A stretch of 59,443 nucleotides of DNA from an uncultured Mycoplasmatota bacterium (GTDB taxonomy: Bacteria > Bacillota_I > Bacilli_A > RF39 > UBA660): positions 1 to 59,443 of the forward strand of contig CANPIX010000004.1 of NCBI GenBank assembly GCA_947574215.1, read 5' to 3'. A program made the position numbers and the translations under genes. Each line of letters begins with the position of its first letter. Position 1 is the first letter of the stretch. Of this stretch, positions 29,999 to 42,160 are shown one piece after another. The notes under the pieces are model-generated. The model searched no databases and was not told the DNA's origin. It saw only the letters and a program-made list of their open reading frames with translations.

Positions 29999-32899
29999 AT
30001 GGCATTAGATAAAAATCAAAAAAAGTTATGGGATCTCTATAGTTATATTGAAATTTCTGAGGAAGAATTTTTAATCTTATACGATTTAGCCCGCAAGGAA
30101 AAGGATTTAAAGTCAGCGTTTCATGAACTTATGATGAAATATGTAAAAACGTATATGAATTTCGAAAATATAAAAAAGTACATTAAAAAACTAAACATAG
30201 ATATAAATCAATCCAGTCTTACTTTAGCTAAAAAAATTCGTCCTTTATTTCAGCTTTTAGATAAGATTGAATATACTTTTAGCGAAAAAGAAAAAGAGCT
30301 ATTGCTGGAGGAACCTTTATTTAAAAATTTATTTGAAACATTTAGTAAAAAAAGTACTTTAAAAAAAGAAGATTTTATAAAAATACATCGAGAAAGTAAA
30401 AGTTTTATGGAACTTTGCGAAGCGTTTTTTGAAAAAAAAGATTTATTTATAAATTTAGAAGATATTGAAGAAATCTCCGATGAAGATTTTGAAAAAATTC
30501 AAGAAGAATATGAAAAAAATGAAATTCCTATTAACAATCCAGTACTTATGTATTTAAGAGAAATCGGTTGCATTCCTTTATTAAATGCGAATGAAGAGAA
30601 ATTTTTAACGGAAAAATGTAGTTTAGGAGATGAAGAGGCTAAGAAAAAATTAGTAGAAGCCAATTTACGTTTAGTGGTAAGTATTGCATATCGTTATGTA
30701 GGACATAGACTTTCATTTTTAGATTTGATTCAATATGGAAATGTAGGATTAATGAAAGCTGTAGACAAATTTGATTACAATAAAGGTTTTAAGTTTTCAA
30801 CTTATGCTACTTGGTGGATTCGTCAAGCCATTACTCGCGCTTTAGCAGATCAAGCAAGAACTATACGTGTTCCCGTTCATATGGTAGAAACAATTAACAA
30901 AATGGCTCGTATTCAAAGACAATTGACACTTGAATTAAATCGTGAACCTAGTGAGGAAGAAGTAGCAAAAAAAATAGGTATTTCTGTTGAGAAAGTTCGT
31001 GAAGTTATTAAAATAAGTCAAGATCCTGTATCACTAGAAACACCTATTGGAGAAGAGGAAGATTCACATTTAGGAGATTTTGTTCCTGATGCTAGTAGTA
31101 TGACGCCAGAAGAATACGCTACTAATGAGATTTTAAAAGAAGAAATTCGAGCTGTTTTAGAAACTCTTCAAGAACGAGAGCAAGAAGTTTTAGAACTTCG
31201 ATTTGGTCTTGTAGATGGAACAAGCCATACTTTAGAAGAAGTAGGAAAGCGTTTCAATGTTACACGTGAGAGAATTCGTCAAATAGAAGCTAAAGCTTTA
31301 CGAAAACTAAGCTATCCTTCTCGCGCAAAAAAATTGAAAGATTATATTGATTTTTATACCACCAATAAAAGAGCTCTAGAAGTTCCTTTTACTACATATG
31401 ATAAGAAAGAAGGGTTAAATTTTATTCCAAACTCTACAAATTGGAGTGTCAAAAAAGATAAAGTAGAAGAAAAAGAAAAACCAGTAGCTTATGCAAAAAA
31501 GATTCCTATTTCTGCAGCTAAGAATGAGTTAAATACCAATTCTACTAAAGATCCAATCTTAGTAGCTTCCCAGCCGATTCCTCAAAAGGATACAAATCAT
31601 AAGAAACCTTCATTAACTAAAAGAGAATATGAGATTATAGAACTTCGATTTGGTTTAAAAGATAGAAACGTAAGAACTATAAAAGAGACAGCTAGTCTTA
31701 TTAATTTAAATAATTCTTATCTTTCACAATTAATAAAATCTATTCTTCAAAAGTTAAAAGAAAATCCAAAGATTTGGTTGGATTGGAATGATGATGAAAC
31801 AAAATTAAAAATGGTTTTAAATTATAATGGTTTTATTAAATTAATGTTGGAACACCCTGAAATTTCTTTAGAAAAATGGCGAGAATATATTGCCAATTTA
31901 TCTGAAGATCAACAAAAAGCTATTATCGCAAAAAATGGTGAAACTTTATTTGAAAATAATAAAGGCCTTGATTATAAAACGAAAAGCATGTATGAAAACG
32001 CTATAATAAATTTAAGAGATTACTGTGAAGGAAAACGCAATATTATGAGTCAAGAAGAAAAGCATAATAAAATTATTGAACCATTCTTTTCTAAATTTAA
32101 TGAATACGAAAAAATAAAAACTTTTTGGGCCTTTTTACAATGTAAAATTTTTTTGAGAAATGCAGCCTTTTTAAAGTATGGTGAAAATTTAAATCTACAA
32201 AAAGAAATTCCAAAAGAAAAAAGGAATTCTAGTTATACTTATCTATATATTTTAAAAAAAGAAATGCTTTCTATTTTAAATGGTGAAAAAAACTTATTGA
32301 ATTTTGTATTAAAATATACAGAAAAGGAAAGAACAGAAGCGATAGTAATTTTAAATGAAGAAGAAATTATTTTATTAAAAAAATTTCATGGAGAAAATTT
32401 AAATGAATTAAAAATGCCAATAGTAGAAGAAATGACTTTAAAGGAACTTGTAGAAGAATATGAAAGAATTACTTTGAAATTAGAAAAAGAAATTTTAAAA
32501 GCAAGAAAGAATGAAGTATTACAAACAAAAAGAAACCAATGGCTTTTAGAAAATATAAAAGCACAACTGTTTGACTACTTAGCTAAATCATACAAAAATA
32601 TAATAAATGATAAGATTTTAGAAGAGAGCATAGATTCTATGGTAAACGAATTCCTATACACTTTGGATAAAAAAATTATTATGTACTTGGCAAATCTTTA
32701 TAAAGATGATCCTAAAACACCTGAAGCACTTTCTATTCTTAATCAATTAAAACAACTATTTGCTGTTAAAATACAAGCAACGTATCCTTTATATAGTCTA
32801 GAAATGATTGAAAAGAGTATAGAAGAAGTTTTTAAAAATTATCAAGAAGATATACAATTCGAAGAAGAAATTGTTAGATATTTAAAAAATGCCTTATAA
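29999..32899 (+). CDS. RpoD-like (group 1/2) sigma-70 factor fused to a ~525-aa C-terminal extension
   Basis: Regions 1.2-4.2 are recognisable. They include [45 protein letters not shown] and [37 protein letters not shown] further 525 aa follows. Confidence 0.85.
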   Translation: MALDKNQKKLWDLYSYIEISEEEFLILYDLARKEKDLKSAFHELMMKYVKTYMNFENIKKYIKKLNIDINQSSLTLAKKIRPLFQLLDKIEYTFSEKEKELLLEEPLFKNLFETFSKKSTLKKEDFIKIHRESKSFMELCEAFFEKKDLFINLEDIEEISDEDFEKIQEEYEKNEIPINNPVLMYLREIGCIPLLNANEEKFLTEKCSLGDEEAKKKLVEANLRLVVSIAYRYVGHRLSFLDLIQYGNVGLMKAVDKFDYNKGFKFSTYATWWIRQAITRALADQARTIRVPVHMVETINKMARIQRQLTLELNREPSEEEVAKKIGISVEKVREVIKISQDPVSLETPIGEEEDSHLGDFVPDASSMTPEEYATNEILKEEIRAVLETLQEREQEVLELRFGLVDGTSHTLEEVGKRFNVTRERIRQIEAKALRKLSYPSRAKKLKDYIDFYTTNKRALEVPFTTYDKKEGLNFIPNSTNWSVKKDKVEEKEKPVAYAKKIPISAAKNELNTNSTKDPILVASQPIPQKDTNHKKPSLTKREYEIIELRFGLKDRNVRTIKETASLINLNNSYLSQLIKSILQKLKENPKIWLDWNDDETKLKMVLNYNGFIKLMLEHPEISLEKWREYIANLSEDQQKAIIAKNGETLFENNKGLDYKTKSMYENAIINLRDYCEGKRNIMSQEEKHNKIIEPFFSKFNEYEKIKTFWAFLQCKIFLRNAAFLKYGENLNLQKEIPKEKRNSSYTYLYILKKEMLSILNGEKNLLNFVLKYTEKERTEAIVILNEEEIILLKKFHGENLNELKMPIVEEMTLKELVEEYERITLKLEKEILKARKNEVLQTKRNQWLLENIKAQLFDYLAKSYKNIINDKILEESIDSMVNEFLYTLDKKIIMYLANLYKDDPKTPEALSILNQLKQLFAVKIQATYPLYSLEMIEKSIEEVFKNYQEDIQFEEEIVRYLKNAL
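31322..32896 (+). other. C-terminal extension of the sigma factor with a second region-4-like HTH (31613-31759) and further degenerate copies
   Basis: [49 protein letters not shown] mirrors canonical region 4. Three more segments share the xExxIIxxKxGExL pattern: [30 protein letters not shown] and [19 protein letters not shown]. Confidence 0.6.
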
Positions 32900-32916
32900 A
32901 ATGTAAGGCTTTTTTC
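32891..32916 (+). terminator. rho-independent terminator after the sigma factor gene
   Basis: GCCTTA-taaaatg-TAAGGC hairpin (the stop codon is in the loop) followed by TTTTTT. Confidence 0.5.
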
Positions 32917-32945
32917 TTGGCAATAGTACACTTGTATGCTAAAAT
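32917..32945 (+). promoter_or_regulatory. promoter TTGGCA-17 nt-(TG)cTAAAAT for ruvAB
   Basis: -35-like hexamer at 32917-32922. Extended -10 TGCTAAAAT at 32937-32945. Confidence 0.45.
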
Positions 32946-32963
32946 AAAAATAAGGTGGTCAAG

Positions 32964-33515
32964 ATGTTTAGTTTTATTAAAGGAATTGTTCGTGAAACTG
33001 AAAAAAATTATATAACAGTAGAAAATAATGGAATTGGGTATCAAATTTTTGTTGCCAATCCTTTTGGATTTCCAATAGATGAAGAGCAAAAAGTTTTTAT
33101 TTATACTTATATAAAAGAAGATGAATTTTCTTTATATGGATTTAATACATTAGAAGAAAAAGAACTTTTTTTAAAATTAATTAGTGTTAAAGGGGTAGGA
33201 CCTAAATTAGCTCTTCCTATGTTTGCTTTAGGAAGTGTTACTGGAATTTTAGATGCAATTGATCGCGAAAATATTTTATATTTAACAAAATTTCCAAAAG
33301 TGGGAGAAAAAGTGGCACGTCAAATTATATTGGATTTAAAAGGAAAATTAGTAAAAAAAGAAAATGTTTCTACAACAGGATTTGAGGAAGTAATAGAGGC
33401 ATTAGAAAGTTTAGGATATAAAACGGCGGATATAAAAAAAGTTTTACCGCAAATAGATACTTCTTTAAAAATTGAAGAACAAATCAAAGAAGCTTTAAAA
33501 TTATTATTAAAATAG
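32964..33515 (+). CDS. ruvA: Holliday junction helicase subunit RuvA
   Basis: MFSFIKGIV...GIGYQIFV OB domain. HhH motifs (LISVKGVGPKLAL, LTKFPKVGEKVARQIILDLKGK). Confidence 0.9.
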   Translation: MFSFIKGIVRETEKNYITVENNGIGYQIFVANPFGFPIDEEQKVFIYTYIKEDEFSLYGFNTLEEKELFLKLISVKGVGPKLALPMFALGSVTGILDAIDRENILYLTKFPKVGEKVARQIILDLKGKLVKKENVSTTGFEEVIEALESLGYKTADIKKVLPQIDTSLKIEEQIKEALKLLLK

Positions 33516-33527
33516 AAAGGTACAAGT

Positions 33528-34532
33528 ATGGAAGATCGAATTATAGATGTAGAAGAAAAACAAGAAGATGTGTTTGAAAAAAATATTCGTCCAGAAAGTT
33601 TAGAGGAATACATTGGTCAAACCGAAATCAAAGAAAATATTAGAGTGTTTATAAAAGCCGCTCTTATGAGAGAGGAACCGTTAGATCATGTATTATTGTA
33701 TGGTCCCCCAGGACTTGGTAAAACAACACTTGCACATATTATTGCAAATGAACTTGGAACAAACATTAAAACCGCTAGTGGTCCTTCTATTGAAAAAACA
33801 GGAGACTTAGCAGCGATACTTTCCACACTAGAGCCAGGGGATGTTTTGTTTATTGATGAAATCCACCGTATGCCAAAATTTATCGAAGAAGTATTGTATC
33901 CAGCCATGGAAGATTTTGAAATTGATTTGGTTATTGGTGAGACAGGAAAGTCTAGAAATATCAAAATTGATTTGCCACCCTTTACTTTAGTGGGCGCAAC
34001 CACTCGTGCTGGAGATATTTCTTCGCCTTTACGAGATCGTTTTGGTATTATTTCCAAATTAGAATACTATAAAAATGAAGAATTAGAATGCATTTTAAAA
34101 AGAACAAGCCGCGTATTGGGAATGCCAATTGAAGACGCAGCGGCTAAAGAATTAAGTGGAAGATGCCGAAAAACTCCTCGTATTGCTAATCGTTTATTCA
34201 AAAGGGTTCGCGATTTTACTTTGGTAGAAGGAAATAGTAAAATTACCAAAGAAATAACTTTGAGATCGTTAGAAAGATTGAAAGTAGACGCCTATGGATT
34301 GGATGCAATTGATATAGAATATTTAACAAGTCTCATTACAAAATTTAATGGAGGTCCAGTAGGTGTTGAGACCATTGCCACGTCAATTGGAGAAGAAGTA
34401 TCAACAATTGAGGATGTGGTAGAACCATTTTTATTGCAAGAAGGATTTATTAAAAGAACACCACGTGGTCGAGTAGCAACCGAAAAATCCTATGATCATT
34501 TAAAGATTAATCATAACGAATCTATGTTTTAA
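33528..34532 (+). CDS. ruvB: Holliday junction helicase RuvB
   Basis: AAA+ motifs LLYGPPGLGKTTLA, LFIDEIHR and GATTRAGDISSPLRDRFG. Confidence 0.95.
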   Translation: MEDRIIDVEEKQEDVFEKNIRPESLEEYIGQTEIKENIRVFIKAALMREEPLDHVLLYGPPGLGKTTLAHIIANELGTNIKTASGPSIEKTGDLAAILSTLEPGDVLFIDEIHRMPKFIEEVLYPAMEDFEIDLVIGETGKSRNIKIDLPPFTLVGATTRAGDISSPLRDRFGIISKLEYYKNEELECILKRTSRVLGMPIEDAAAKELSGRCRKTPRIANRLFKRVRDFTLVEGNSKITKEITLRSLERLKVDAYGLDAIDIEYLTSLITKFNGGPVGVETIATSIGEEVSTIEDVVEPFLLQEGFIKRTPRGRVATEKSYDHLKINHNESMF

Positions 34533-34629
34533 ATAAGTGGCTTGTAAAAGGTTATAAGTGAAGAGAAAAATGCTAAAGTGATGCAAAAATTAAAAAACGT
34601 TAAATAGCAAAAGAAAGAAGAGAACGTGT

Positions 34630-35655
34630 ATGAAAACGGATGATTACAATTACAATTTGCCAGAAGAATTAATTGCCCAAACCCCCTTAGAGAGAAGGAG
34701 CAATTCACGCCTTTTGATAATGGACCGTTTTACAGGAAAAACAGAGCATAAAAAATTCAATGAAATTGTCTCTTTATTTCATAAAGGTGATGTTTTAGTA
34801 CTTAACGATACCAAGGTAATTCCAGCAAGATTAATTGGAGAAAAGATGGAAACAAAAGCGCATATTGAACTTTTGCTTTTAAAAGAATTAGATGGCGATT
34901 GTTGGGAATGTTTATCACGTCCTTTTAAGCGTTTACAAGTGGGGACTAAAATAAAATTTGGTAATTCTTTGCTTATTGCAGAAGTTATCGAAAAAAAAGA
35001 AGAAGGAATTGTAAGGGTTCGTTTTTTCTATCAAGGAATTTTTTTAGAGATTTTAGAACAACTAGGCGAAATGCCACTTCCTCCATACATTCATGAAAAA
35101 CTAGAGGATAAAAATCGTTACCAAACAGTATACGCTAAAAATATTGGGAGTGCAGCTGCACCAACAGCAGGTCTTCATTTTACAAAGGAACTTATAAAAG
35201 AAATTGAAAAGAAAGGCGTTATAATAACGCGAGTTACATTGCACGTTGGACTTGGAACTTTTCGACCTATAGAAGTTGAAGATGTCAGTAAGCATAAAAT
35301 GCATAGTGAATTTTATAAAATGTCAAAAGAAACTGCTGATCTTTTAAATCAAGCGAAAAAAGAAAATCGAAAAATAATTGCAGTGGGAACAACTACTACA
35401 AGAACTTTAGAAACAATTATTCAAAAATATGGAAAATTTACAGAATGCGAAGGGAATACAGATATTTTTATTTACCCAGGATTTGAGTTAAAAGCGATTG
35501 ATGGATTAATTACGAATTTCCATTTGCCTAAAAGTACGCTTTTAATGCTAGTAAGCGCTTTTTCAAAAAAAGAATTTATATTAAAAGCTTATGAAGAAGC
35601 TATCAAAAATAAGTATCGTTTTTTTTCCTTTGGAGATGCAATGTTTATAAAATGA
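34630..35655 (+). CDS. queA: S-adenosylmethionine:tRNA ribosyltransferase-isomerase
   Basis: [32 protein letters not shown] and [12 protein letters not shown] motifs. Confidence 0.95.
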   Translation: MKTDDYNYNLPEELIAQTPLERRSNSRLLIMDRFTGKTEHKKFNEIVSLFHKGDVLVLNDTKVIPARLIGEKMETKAHIELLLLKELDGDCWECLSRPFKRLQVGTKIKFGNSLLIAEVIEKKEEGIVRVRFFYQGIFLEILEQLGEMPLPPYIHEKLEDKNRYQTVYAKNIGSAAAPTAGLHFTKELIKEIEKKGVIITRVTLHVGLGTFRPIEVEDVSKHKMHSEFYKMSKETADLLNQAKKENRKIIAVGTTTTRTLETIIQKYGKFTECEGNTDIFIYPGFELKAIDGLITNFHLPKSTLLMLVSAFSKKEFILKAYEEAIKNKYRFFSFGDAMFIK

Positions 35656-35684
35656 TGTTATAATAGCAAACAGGTGATTTAAAA

Positions 35685-36002
35685 ATGAATAGAAAATATA
35701 TAGAATTAAGCAAAAATAAAAATATGAAAGTTTTTCCTATAAAAACACCTGATGGAAATGCTTTTCGTATTGAGGAATTGTTAATGCTGGGGGATAGGCC
35801 TATATTTCTTTATTTTGTTGCTGATCGTTTTGGAAAATCTCTATCTAATGTTTTTAATACTTATTTTGGAAATGAGTGTAAAGATATTTTTAATAATTTA
35901 GGATGGATAGAATACAAAATACAATTATTAAATCGTATTCAAAAAGATTTAATTGAAAAAAAACAATCCTTTACTTTAGAAAATAAAGAATGGGTTCGTT
36001 AA
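35685..36002 (+). CDS. hypothetical protein (105 aa)
   Basis: ORF only. No motif recognised. Lies between queA and tgt. Confidence 0.4.
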   Translation: MNRKYIELSKNKNMKVFPIKTPDGNAFRIEELLMLGDRPIFLYFVADRFGKSLSNVFNTYFGNECKDIFNNLGWIEYKIQLLNRIQKDLIEKKQSFTLENKEWVR

Positions 36003-36466
36003 ATTTTTTTATCGAACTCGCTGACAATTGTTGGAAATCTTTTATTATAGTAAGTTTCTATTTGTAGTAATCTAGAATCATAACGAACTTCAAATTCTTC
36101 CGTAAATCTTCTTATTATTTCTTCCTTTTTTACTTCCTCCATAGCAATTTGTAGCAACTTTAATTCAGGATCAAAAGCAAATAGTAAAAATAAAAAACAT
36201 TCATCATGAGGATTTAATTTTGGTTCAATATCTACTCGTAGATATAAATTTAATAGATTATAAATAGCGTATAATTTTTGTTGGTTATTAAAATTTTGAT
36301 TTTGTTTTGCCCAAAAACGAGCAACTTCTTCAATTTGGTTCTTTCTCTCTTCACTTACAGATTTAAATCCATAAAATTTATTTTTTTCATAAAAAAGATG
36401 TTTTTGATTGTAATTGTAATGATTTTCGTAATTTATATGCTTGATTTTTTGGTATCCTTTGTACAT
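35999..36466 (-). CDS. hypothetical protein (155 aa)
   Basis: AGAGGA RBS 6 nt upstream of the ATG at 36466 (MYKGYQ...). Its stop shares the TTAA tetranucleotide with the convergent 105-aa ORF. Confidence 0.45.
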   Translation of the reverse strand: MYKGYQKIKHINYENHYNYNQKHLFYEKNKFYGFKSVSEERKNQIEEVARFWAKQNQNFNNQQKLYAIYNLLNLYLRVDIEPKLNPHDECFLFLLFAFDPELKLLQIAMEEVKKEEIIRRFTEEFEVRYDSRLLQIETYYNKRFPTIVSEFDKKI

Positions 36467-36513
36467 AAATATTCCTCTTTTCAAATTTCATTTTAAATAA
36501 AAAAACAGAATGA

Positions 36514-37984
<1,471 letters not shown>

Positions 37985-37990
<6 letters not shown>

Positions 37991-38014
37991 AGAAATCGCT
38001 TTATTCTTTTTTTT
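37985..38014 (+). terminator. rho-independent terminator
   Basis: GAATAAAG-aaatcg-CTTTATTC perfect 8-bp stem followed by T8. It overlaps the 3' end of the convergent membrane-protein gene. Confidence 0.55.
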
Positions 38015-38363
38015 GGTTGATTCCAATTGTCGCACCAACAACACTAGCAAAAAGCAGAGATAAGTAATAAAGAATGCGTATCATTTGAAATCCCGTTTGA
38101 AAAAGAAGTAAGTTAAAGAAAAAAAGTATTAGGAGTAAAAGAAAACCAATTTTTAGCCCTTCCAAAAAACCACGATTCTCTGTTTGCTTGCCCATTTTGT
38201 ATCCAAAGGCTAGAAATACAATAAGTATATAAAGGTAGGATAAGACATTTACTACTTTTGTGGGCAACAAAAGATAATAAAGCAAACTTAAAAATACACT
38301 ACCTCCCAATAAAAAACCTAAAAATTTAAGAAGAGTTAAACCATAGTACTTCACATATTTCAT
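38001..38363 (-). CDS. small polytopic membrane protein (about 4 TM)
   Basis: AGGTGA RBS 5 nt upstream of ATG 38363. Four hydrophobic segments. Confidence 0.55.
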   Translation of the reverse strand: MKYVKYYGLTLLKFLGFLLGGSVFLSLLYYLLLPTKVVNVLSYLYILIVFLAFGYKMGKQTENRGFLEGLKIGFLLLLILFFFNLLLFQTGFQMIRILYYLSLLFASVVGATIGINQKKE

Positions 38364-38440
38364 CCAAATCACCTAATAATATTTATGATAATGATTAAAA
38401 CTTTATGAAAACTATCATAATAGTATTGGAGAGTGATTGT

Positions 38441-39085
38441 ATGGAATTAGTAACCATTGTGTTTAGAACTACATTTTTTTATTTTTTTATTGTTCTTGCT
38501 TATCGAATTATGGGAAAAAGAGAAATTGGCCAATTAGGTGTCATTGATCTAATTGTATCCATATTAATTGCAGAATTAGTAGCTATAAGTATTGAGAATA
38601 TTAAAGACTCTATTTTCTTTACCATTATTCCAATTGTCTTATTAGTTGTATTAGAAGTTGGACTTGCTTTTATCAGTATAAAATCTAGAACTTTTCGTAC
38701 ACTTTTCGGAGGAAAACCATCTTTAATTATTGCAAATGGAAATGTAAACTACAAAGAAATGGTTCGACAAAGGTATAGTATGGATGACTTGCTTTTAAGT
38801 TTGAGACAAAACTCTATTAAAAGTATAGATGAAATTGAATACGCTTTTTTAGAGCCAAATGGAAAATTATCTATTTTTAAATACAATTTGTTGCATAGCA
38901 AAAGCAATTACCCAATGCCTATTATAGTTGATGGAGAATTGCAACAAAAAGCTTTGAGTTTTATTAAAAAAGACAAACGTTGGCTAGAAGAAGAACTTGC
39001 GACTAGAGGATTAAAAATAGAGGATGTTTTCTACGCTTTTAAAAAGAAAAAGAAAATATATTTAATTAAGAAAAGCAATTTATAA
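38441..39085 (+). CDS. DUF421 (YetF-like) membrane protein
   Basis: RIMGKREIGQLGVIDLIVSILIAELVA N-terminal signature plus a C-terminal soluble domain. Confidence 0.7.
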   Translation: MELVTIVFRTTFFYFFIVLAYRIMGKREIGQLGVIDLIVSILIAELVAISIENIKDSIFFTIIPIVLLVVLEVGLAFISIKSRTFRTLFGGKPSLIIANGNVNYKEMVRQRYSMDDLLLSLRQNSIKSIDEIEYAFLEPNGKLSIFKYNLLHSKSNYPMPIIVDGELQQKALSFIKKDKRWLEEELATRGLKIEDVFYAFKKKKKIYLIKKSNL

Positions 39086-39148
39086 AATTTCCTATTTTCT
39101 AAAGTATCTAAAAATGGTATACTAACATGAGAAAGTTAGGAGTTTTTT

Positions 39149-39790
39149 ATGGAAGATATACCTTTAATTACTATAGAAAACGAGGAATCGTTTTTAAGAC
39201 AAATTTCAAAACCCGTCAATGAAGAGGATTTGGATTTAGAGAATGATTTAAAAAAGTTGGAACGATATTGTAAAGAAAATCAAGTTCTAGCTCTAGCAGC
39301 CATTCAAATAGGAATTCCCAAAAGAATTATTTATTTAAAAAATACCAATTTAAAATTAGTTCAAAAAAAACAAGAAAACAAGTTGACAAAAGAAGACGAA
39401 ATGTATAATGAAGCAAGAATTTTAATAAATCCTATTATAAAAGAAAAAATTGGATTAACAGAATATTGGGAAGCCTGTGCGAGTTGTTTGGATTCTATGG
39501 GTTTAGTAAAAAGACCTTATGAAATTGTTATAGAATATTTGGACAAAAATTGGAAGAAATGTCAAGAAACATTTACTGGTTTTCCGGCCACCGTATTATC
39601 CCACGAATTGGATCACTTGGATGGTATTTTACACATCGATATTGCAGAAGAAGTTTTAAATATGAAATTGGAAGAAAGAAAAAAATTTCGTCAAACACAC
39701 GACTATAAAATTTTTGAAAAAAAAGGCAATTTTTCTGAATTGTCAGAAATAAAAAAAGATTGTACTTTGACAAAATCTATGTTACCCTAA
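39149..39790 (+). CDS. def: peptide deformylase (long form with C-terminal tail)
   Basis: LAAIQIG, EACASC and HELDHLDG motifs. Confidence 0.8.
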   Translation: MEDIPLITIENEESFLRQISKPVNEEDLDLENDLKKLERYCKENQVLALAAIQIGIPKRIIYLKNTNLKLVQKKQENKLTKEDEMYNEARILINPIIKEKIGLTEYWEACASCLDSMGLVKRPYEIVIEYLDKNWKKCQETFTGFPATVLSHELDHLDGILHIDIAEEVLNMKLEERKKFRQTHDYKIFEKKGNFSELSEIKKDCTLTKSMLP

Positions 39791-39808
39791 TCGAAAAGGA
39801 AAGTAATT

Positions 39809-40459
39809 ATGTCAAAAAGTATATTTGAATTGTTGACTTTAATAGAAGCATACCAAAAGTACAGTCAACTGGCTTCTATTTTAACTCAGGAAGAACATAA
39901 AAAATATTTTCAAAGCGCAAAAGTGGTTACTTTAAAACTAATTGAAAAATTCTGTAAACAAAAAAAGATTATTATAGAAGATTTGCAATATTTTTATGAA
40001 AACGCTACAAAGTATTTGAATACAAAGAACCAATTTTCTCCTTCTTTACAAAAAATCTTAAATCCTATCAGTGAAATCGATCGTACAATTCAAGATTTGC
40101 AAGAACAAGATTTATTATTTGGTGGAGACTTAAGCGGTTTGAAGATAGAAAATACAGATTTATCAAGTTTGCTATTTTGTAAAATCATGGGACGAAAAGC
40201 GTTACAAGAAAAAAAAGAAATGGAAGAAAATTTAGAAATGAATATTCTTTCCATTTTAAAAGAAAATGGAGAATATTATTTTGAAGCGGTACATAATGAA
40301 TGGATAAATATTTTAAATGAGAAAATGAAAAACAAGAATTTGACGGAAGAACAATATAAAAATTATTTGAGAAATATTGAGTACATTTCTAATTATTACT
40401 GGATGTTGCACAAAAAACAAAATAGAATGTTGACTTTAAATTTAAAAATAGGCATTTGA
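39809..40459 (+). CDS. hypothetical protein (216 aa)
   Basis: ORF with AAAGGAAAG upstream. No motif recognised. Confidence 0.45.
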   Translation: MSKSIFELLTLIEAYQKYSQLASILTQEEHKKYFQSAKVVTLKLIEKFCKQKKIIIEDLQYFYENATKYLNTKNQFSPSLQKILNPISEIDRTIQDLQEQDLLFGGDLSGLKIENTDLSSLLFCKIMGRKALQEKKEMEENLEMNILSILKENGEYYFEAVHNEWINILNEKMKNKNLTEEQYKNYLRNIEYISNYYWMLHKKQNRMLTLNLKIGI

Positions 40460-40487
40460 AAGATTTAAACAAAAGGAATGTTGAAAT

Positions 40488-41789
40488 TTAATTTGGAAGA
40501 GTAGACATTACTTTTTTTATTTTGTAAAGATTGGTACTTACAACGAAAATAATATTAACGATTTCAGATAAAATAAGTCCATAAATTCCGATACGAAAAA
40601 AAGAAAAAAAAGCTAAAACTATATTTTTTAGAATCACGCCGATCAAAGTAATTTTCATTGTAAATTTGGCGAGTCCAAGTCCTTGTAAAGTACTAATCAG
40701 AGGGCTTTCTAAATAAAAAAGTACAAAGAAAGGAGCGAGAACTTTAATATAATCAATTCCACTATTTGTATGATATAAAATCCACAAAAGAGGTTCTTTG
40801 AAAAAGAAAATAAAAATACTAAAAACAAGACCCAAAAGAAAGGAAATGAGCATAGCTTGACGAAATCTTCTTTTTAACATGATTCCATTTTTCTTTTGAT
40901 AAAATTTACTCATTTCAGGAATTAAAGCATTGGATATTGCCGCGACAAAAAAACTAGGCATTGTTAAAAGACCAATAGAATAGGCATTATAAGCTCCATA
41001 TTCCAATAAAATAAAATCGCTAGAATATCCTACAAATAACAAAATATTAGTTAATAAAATGGGTTCAAAGAAAAAACCGATGTTTCCAATAAATCGTGAG
41101 GAAACTGTTGGCAAACTAACATTTAATACCTCTTTGATCGTGTGTATGTTTGGTTTTAAATCATTTTTCGTAATAAGTGCATTTTTAGGAATAAAAAATA
41201 AAAATACAATAATGGAAGCAATTTCTGAAACAATATTAAACAAAATCAAAGCAATGACAGCTGCTAAAATACTAATAGTAACAAAATAAGGTAAAAACAA
41301 GACAATTAGAATAAGACGTACAACTTGTTCAAGAGAATTGGATAAAGCGTAGGGAATCATTCTTTGTTTTCCAAAAAAATATCCTTTTACAATACTTGAT
41401 AAACTAACAAAAGGTAAAGTAATCGTACAAGCTAAAAGAAGCAAATAAGTTTTATCATTTTTTAAAAGATGAAGTGCAATAAACTTGCTAGTCATTAACA
41501 TGGTACTCAAAAGCATTACATTCACTAGTATAATAATAAATATCGAAGAACAAATAATTTTAATACTTCTTGTTTTTTCTTCAGCAACGAGTTTGGATAT
41601 AGCAAGCGGCATAGCAAGAGTAGCAATGGTAATTAAAAGGGAATACGTAGGCATAACAAGAGAATGTAAACCTACACCTTCTTCTAAAATAATACGAGTA
41701 TAAATAATTTTGATAATAAAACCAAGGATTCGAGTTACAAATCCACCTAATATAAGTACTATGGTTGATGTTAAAAATTTGTTTTTCAT
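40488..41789 (-). CDS. MOP-superfamily flippase (SpoVB/MurJ-like)
   Basis: About 12 TM segments. Its position next to comN-relA-dtd matches B. subtilis spoVB. At 433 aa it is shorter than SpoVB. Confidence 0.65.
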   Translation of the reverse strand: MKNKFLTSTIVLILGGFVTRILGFIIKIIYTRIILEEGVGLHSLVMPTYSLLITIATLAMPLAISKLVAEEKTRSIKIICSSIFIIILVNVMLLSTMLMTSKFIALHLLKNDKTYLLLLACTITLPFVSLSSIVKGYFFGKQRMIPYALSNSLEQVVRLILIVLFLPYFVTISILAAVIALILFNIVSEIASIIVFLFFIPKNALITKNDLKPNIHTIKEVLNVSLPTVSSRFIGNIGFFFEPILLTNILLFVGYSSDFILLEYGAYNAYSIGLLTMPSFFVAAISNALIPEMSKFYQKKNGIMLKRRFRQAMLISFLLGLVFSIFIFFFKEPLLWILYHTNSGIDYIKVLAPFFVLFYLESPLISTLQGLGLAKFTMKITLIGVILKNIVLAFFSFFRIGIYGLILSEIVNIIFVVSTNLYKIKKVMSTLPN

Positions 41790-41854
41790 GTTATGTCCCC
41801 TTTAAAAATACTTAAAAATGCTTTATAATAAATATATGTTTTAGGAGGCAAAAT

Positions 41855-42160
41855 ATGGTAAATGAGAATATTGGAACTTTAAAAGATTTGTACAATCGTG
41901 TTTTGCCAGCATTAAAATCTAAAGTAAAAGAATTAAAAAAAAATCATTTAACTTTTATAGGGGAAAAAGACGTTTGGAACTGTCTAAAAAATACAAAATG
42001 GAAAGATGAAAATGATTTGACGCTTTATGACATTGTAAATGATATATTATTTATTGAAGAACAGAAAATTATCGAATACCTAAATTCCAAAGAAGAATTT
42101 GTTATAGAGCCTTATAAGCAAGAATTAAAAAATACAGGAGAAGAGGACACTATTTTATGA
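41855..42160 (+). CDS. ComN-like post-transcriptional regulator
   Basis: About 100 aa with a LKSKVKELKK..L.FIGEKDVWNCL...W pattern. Conserved position divergent from the spoVB-like gene. Confidence 0.5.
   Translation: MVNENIGTLKDLYNRVLPALKSKVKELKKNHLTFIGEKDVWNCLKNTKWKDENDLTLYDIVNDILFIEEQKIIEYLNSKEEFVIEPYKQELKNTGEEDTIL

Noticed and set aside
34533-34629. Looked for a preQ1 riboswitch upstream of queA, and also upstream of tgt (36485-36561).
   Set aside because: I found no match to the compact preQ1-I hairpin and A-rich tail consensus. The regions look like ordinary promoter and RBS spacers.
36278-36496. 72-aa plus-strand ORF overlapping the 155-aa minus-strand ORF between queA and tgt.
   Set aside because: The minus-strand ORF is longer, has a good RBS (AGAGGA) and a more protein-like composition. 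The plus-strand ORF is Phe/Ile/Leu low-complexity sequence.
41059-41703. Two plus-strand ORFs (76 and 72 aa) inside the spoVB-like flippase gene.
   Set aside because: They are antisense to a 12-TM transporter gene and have no RBS.
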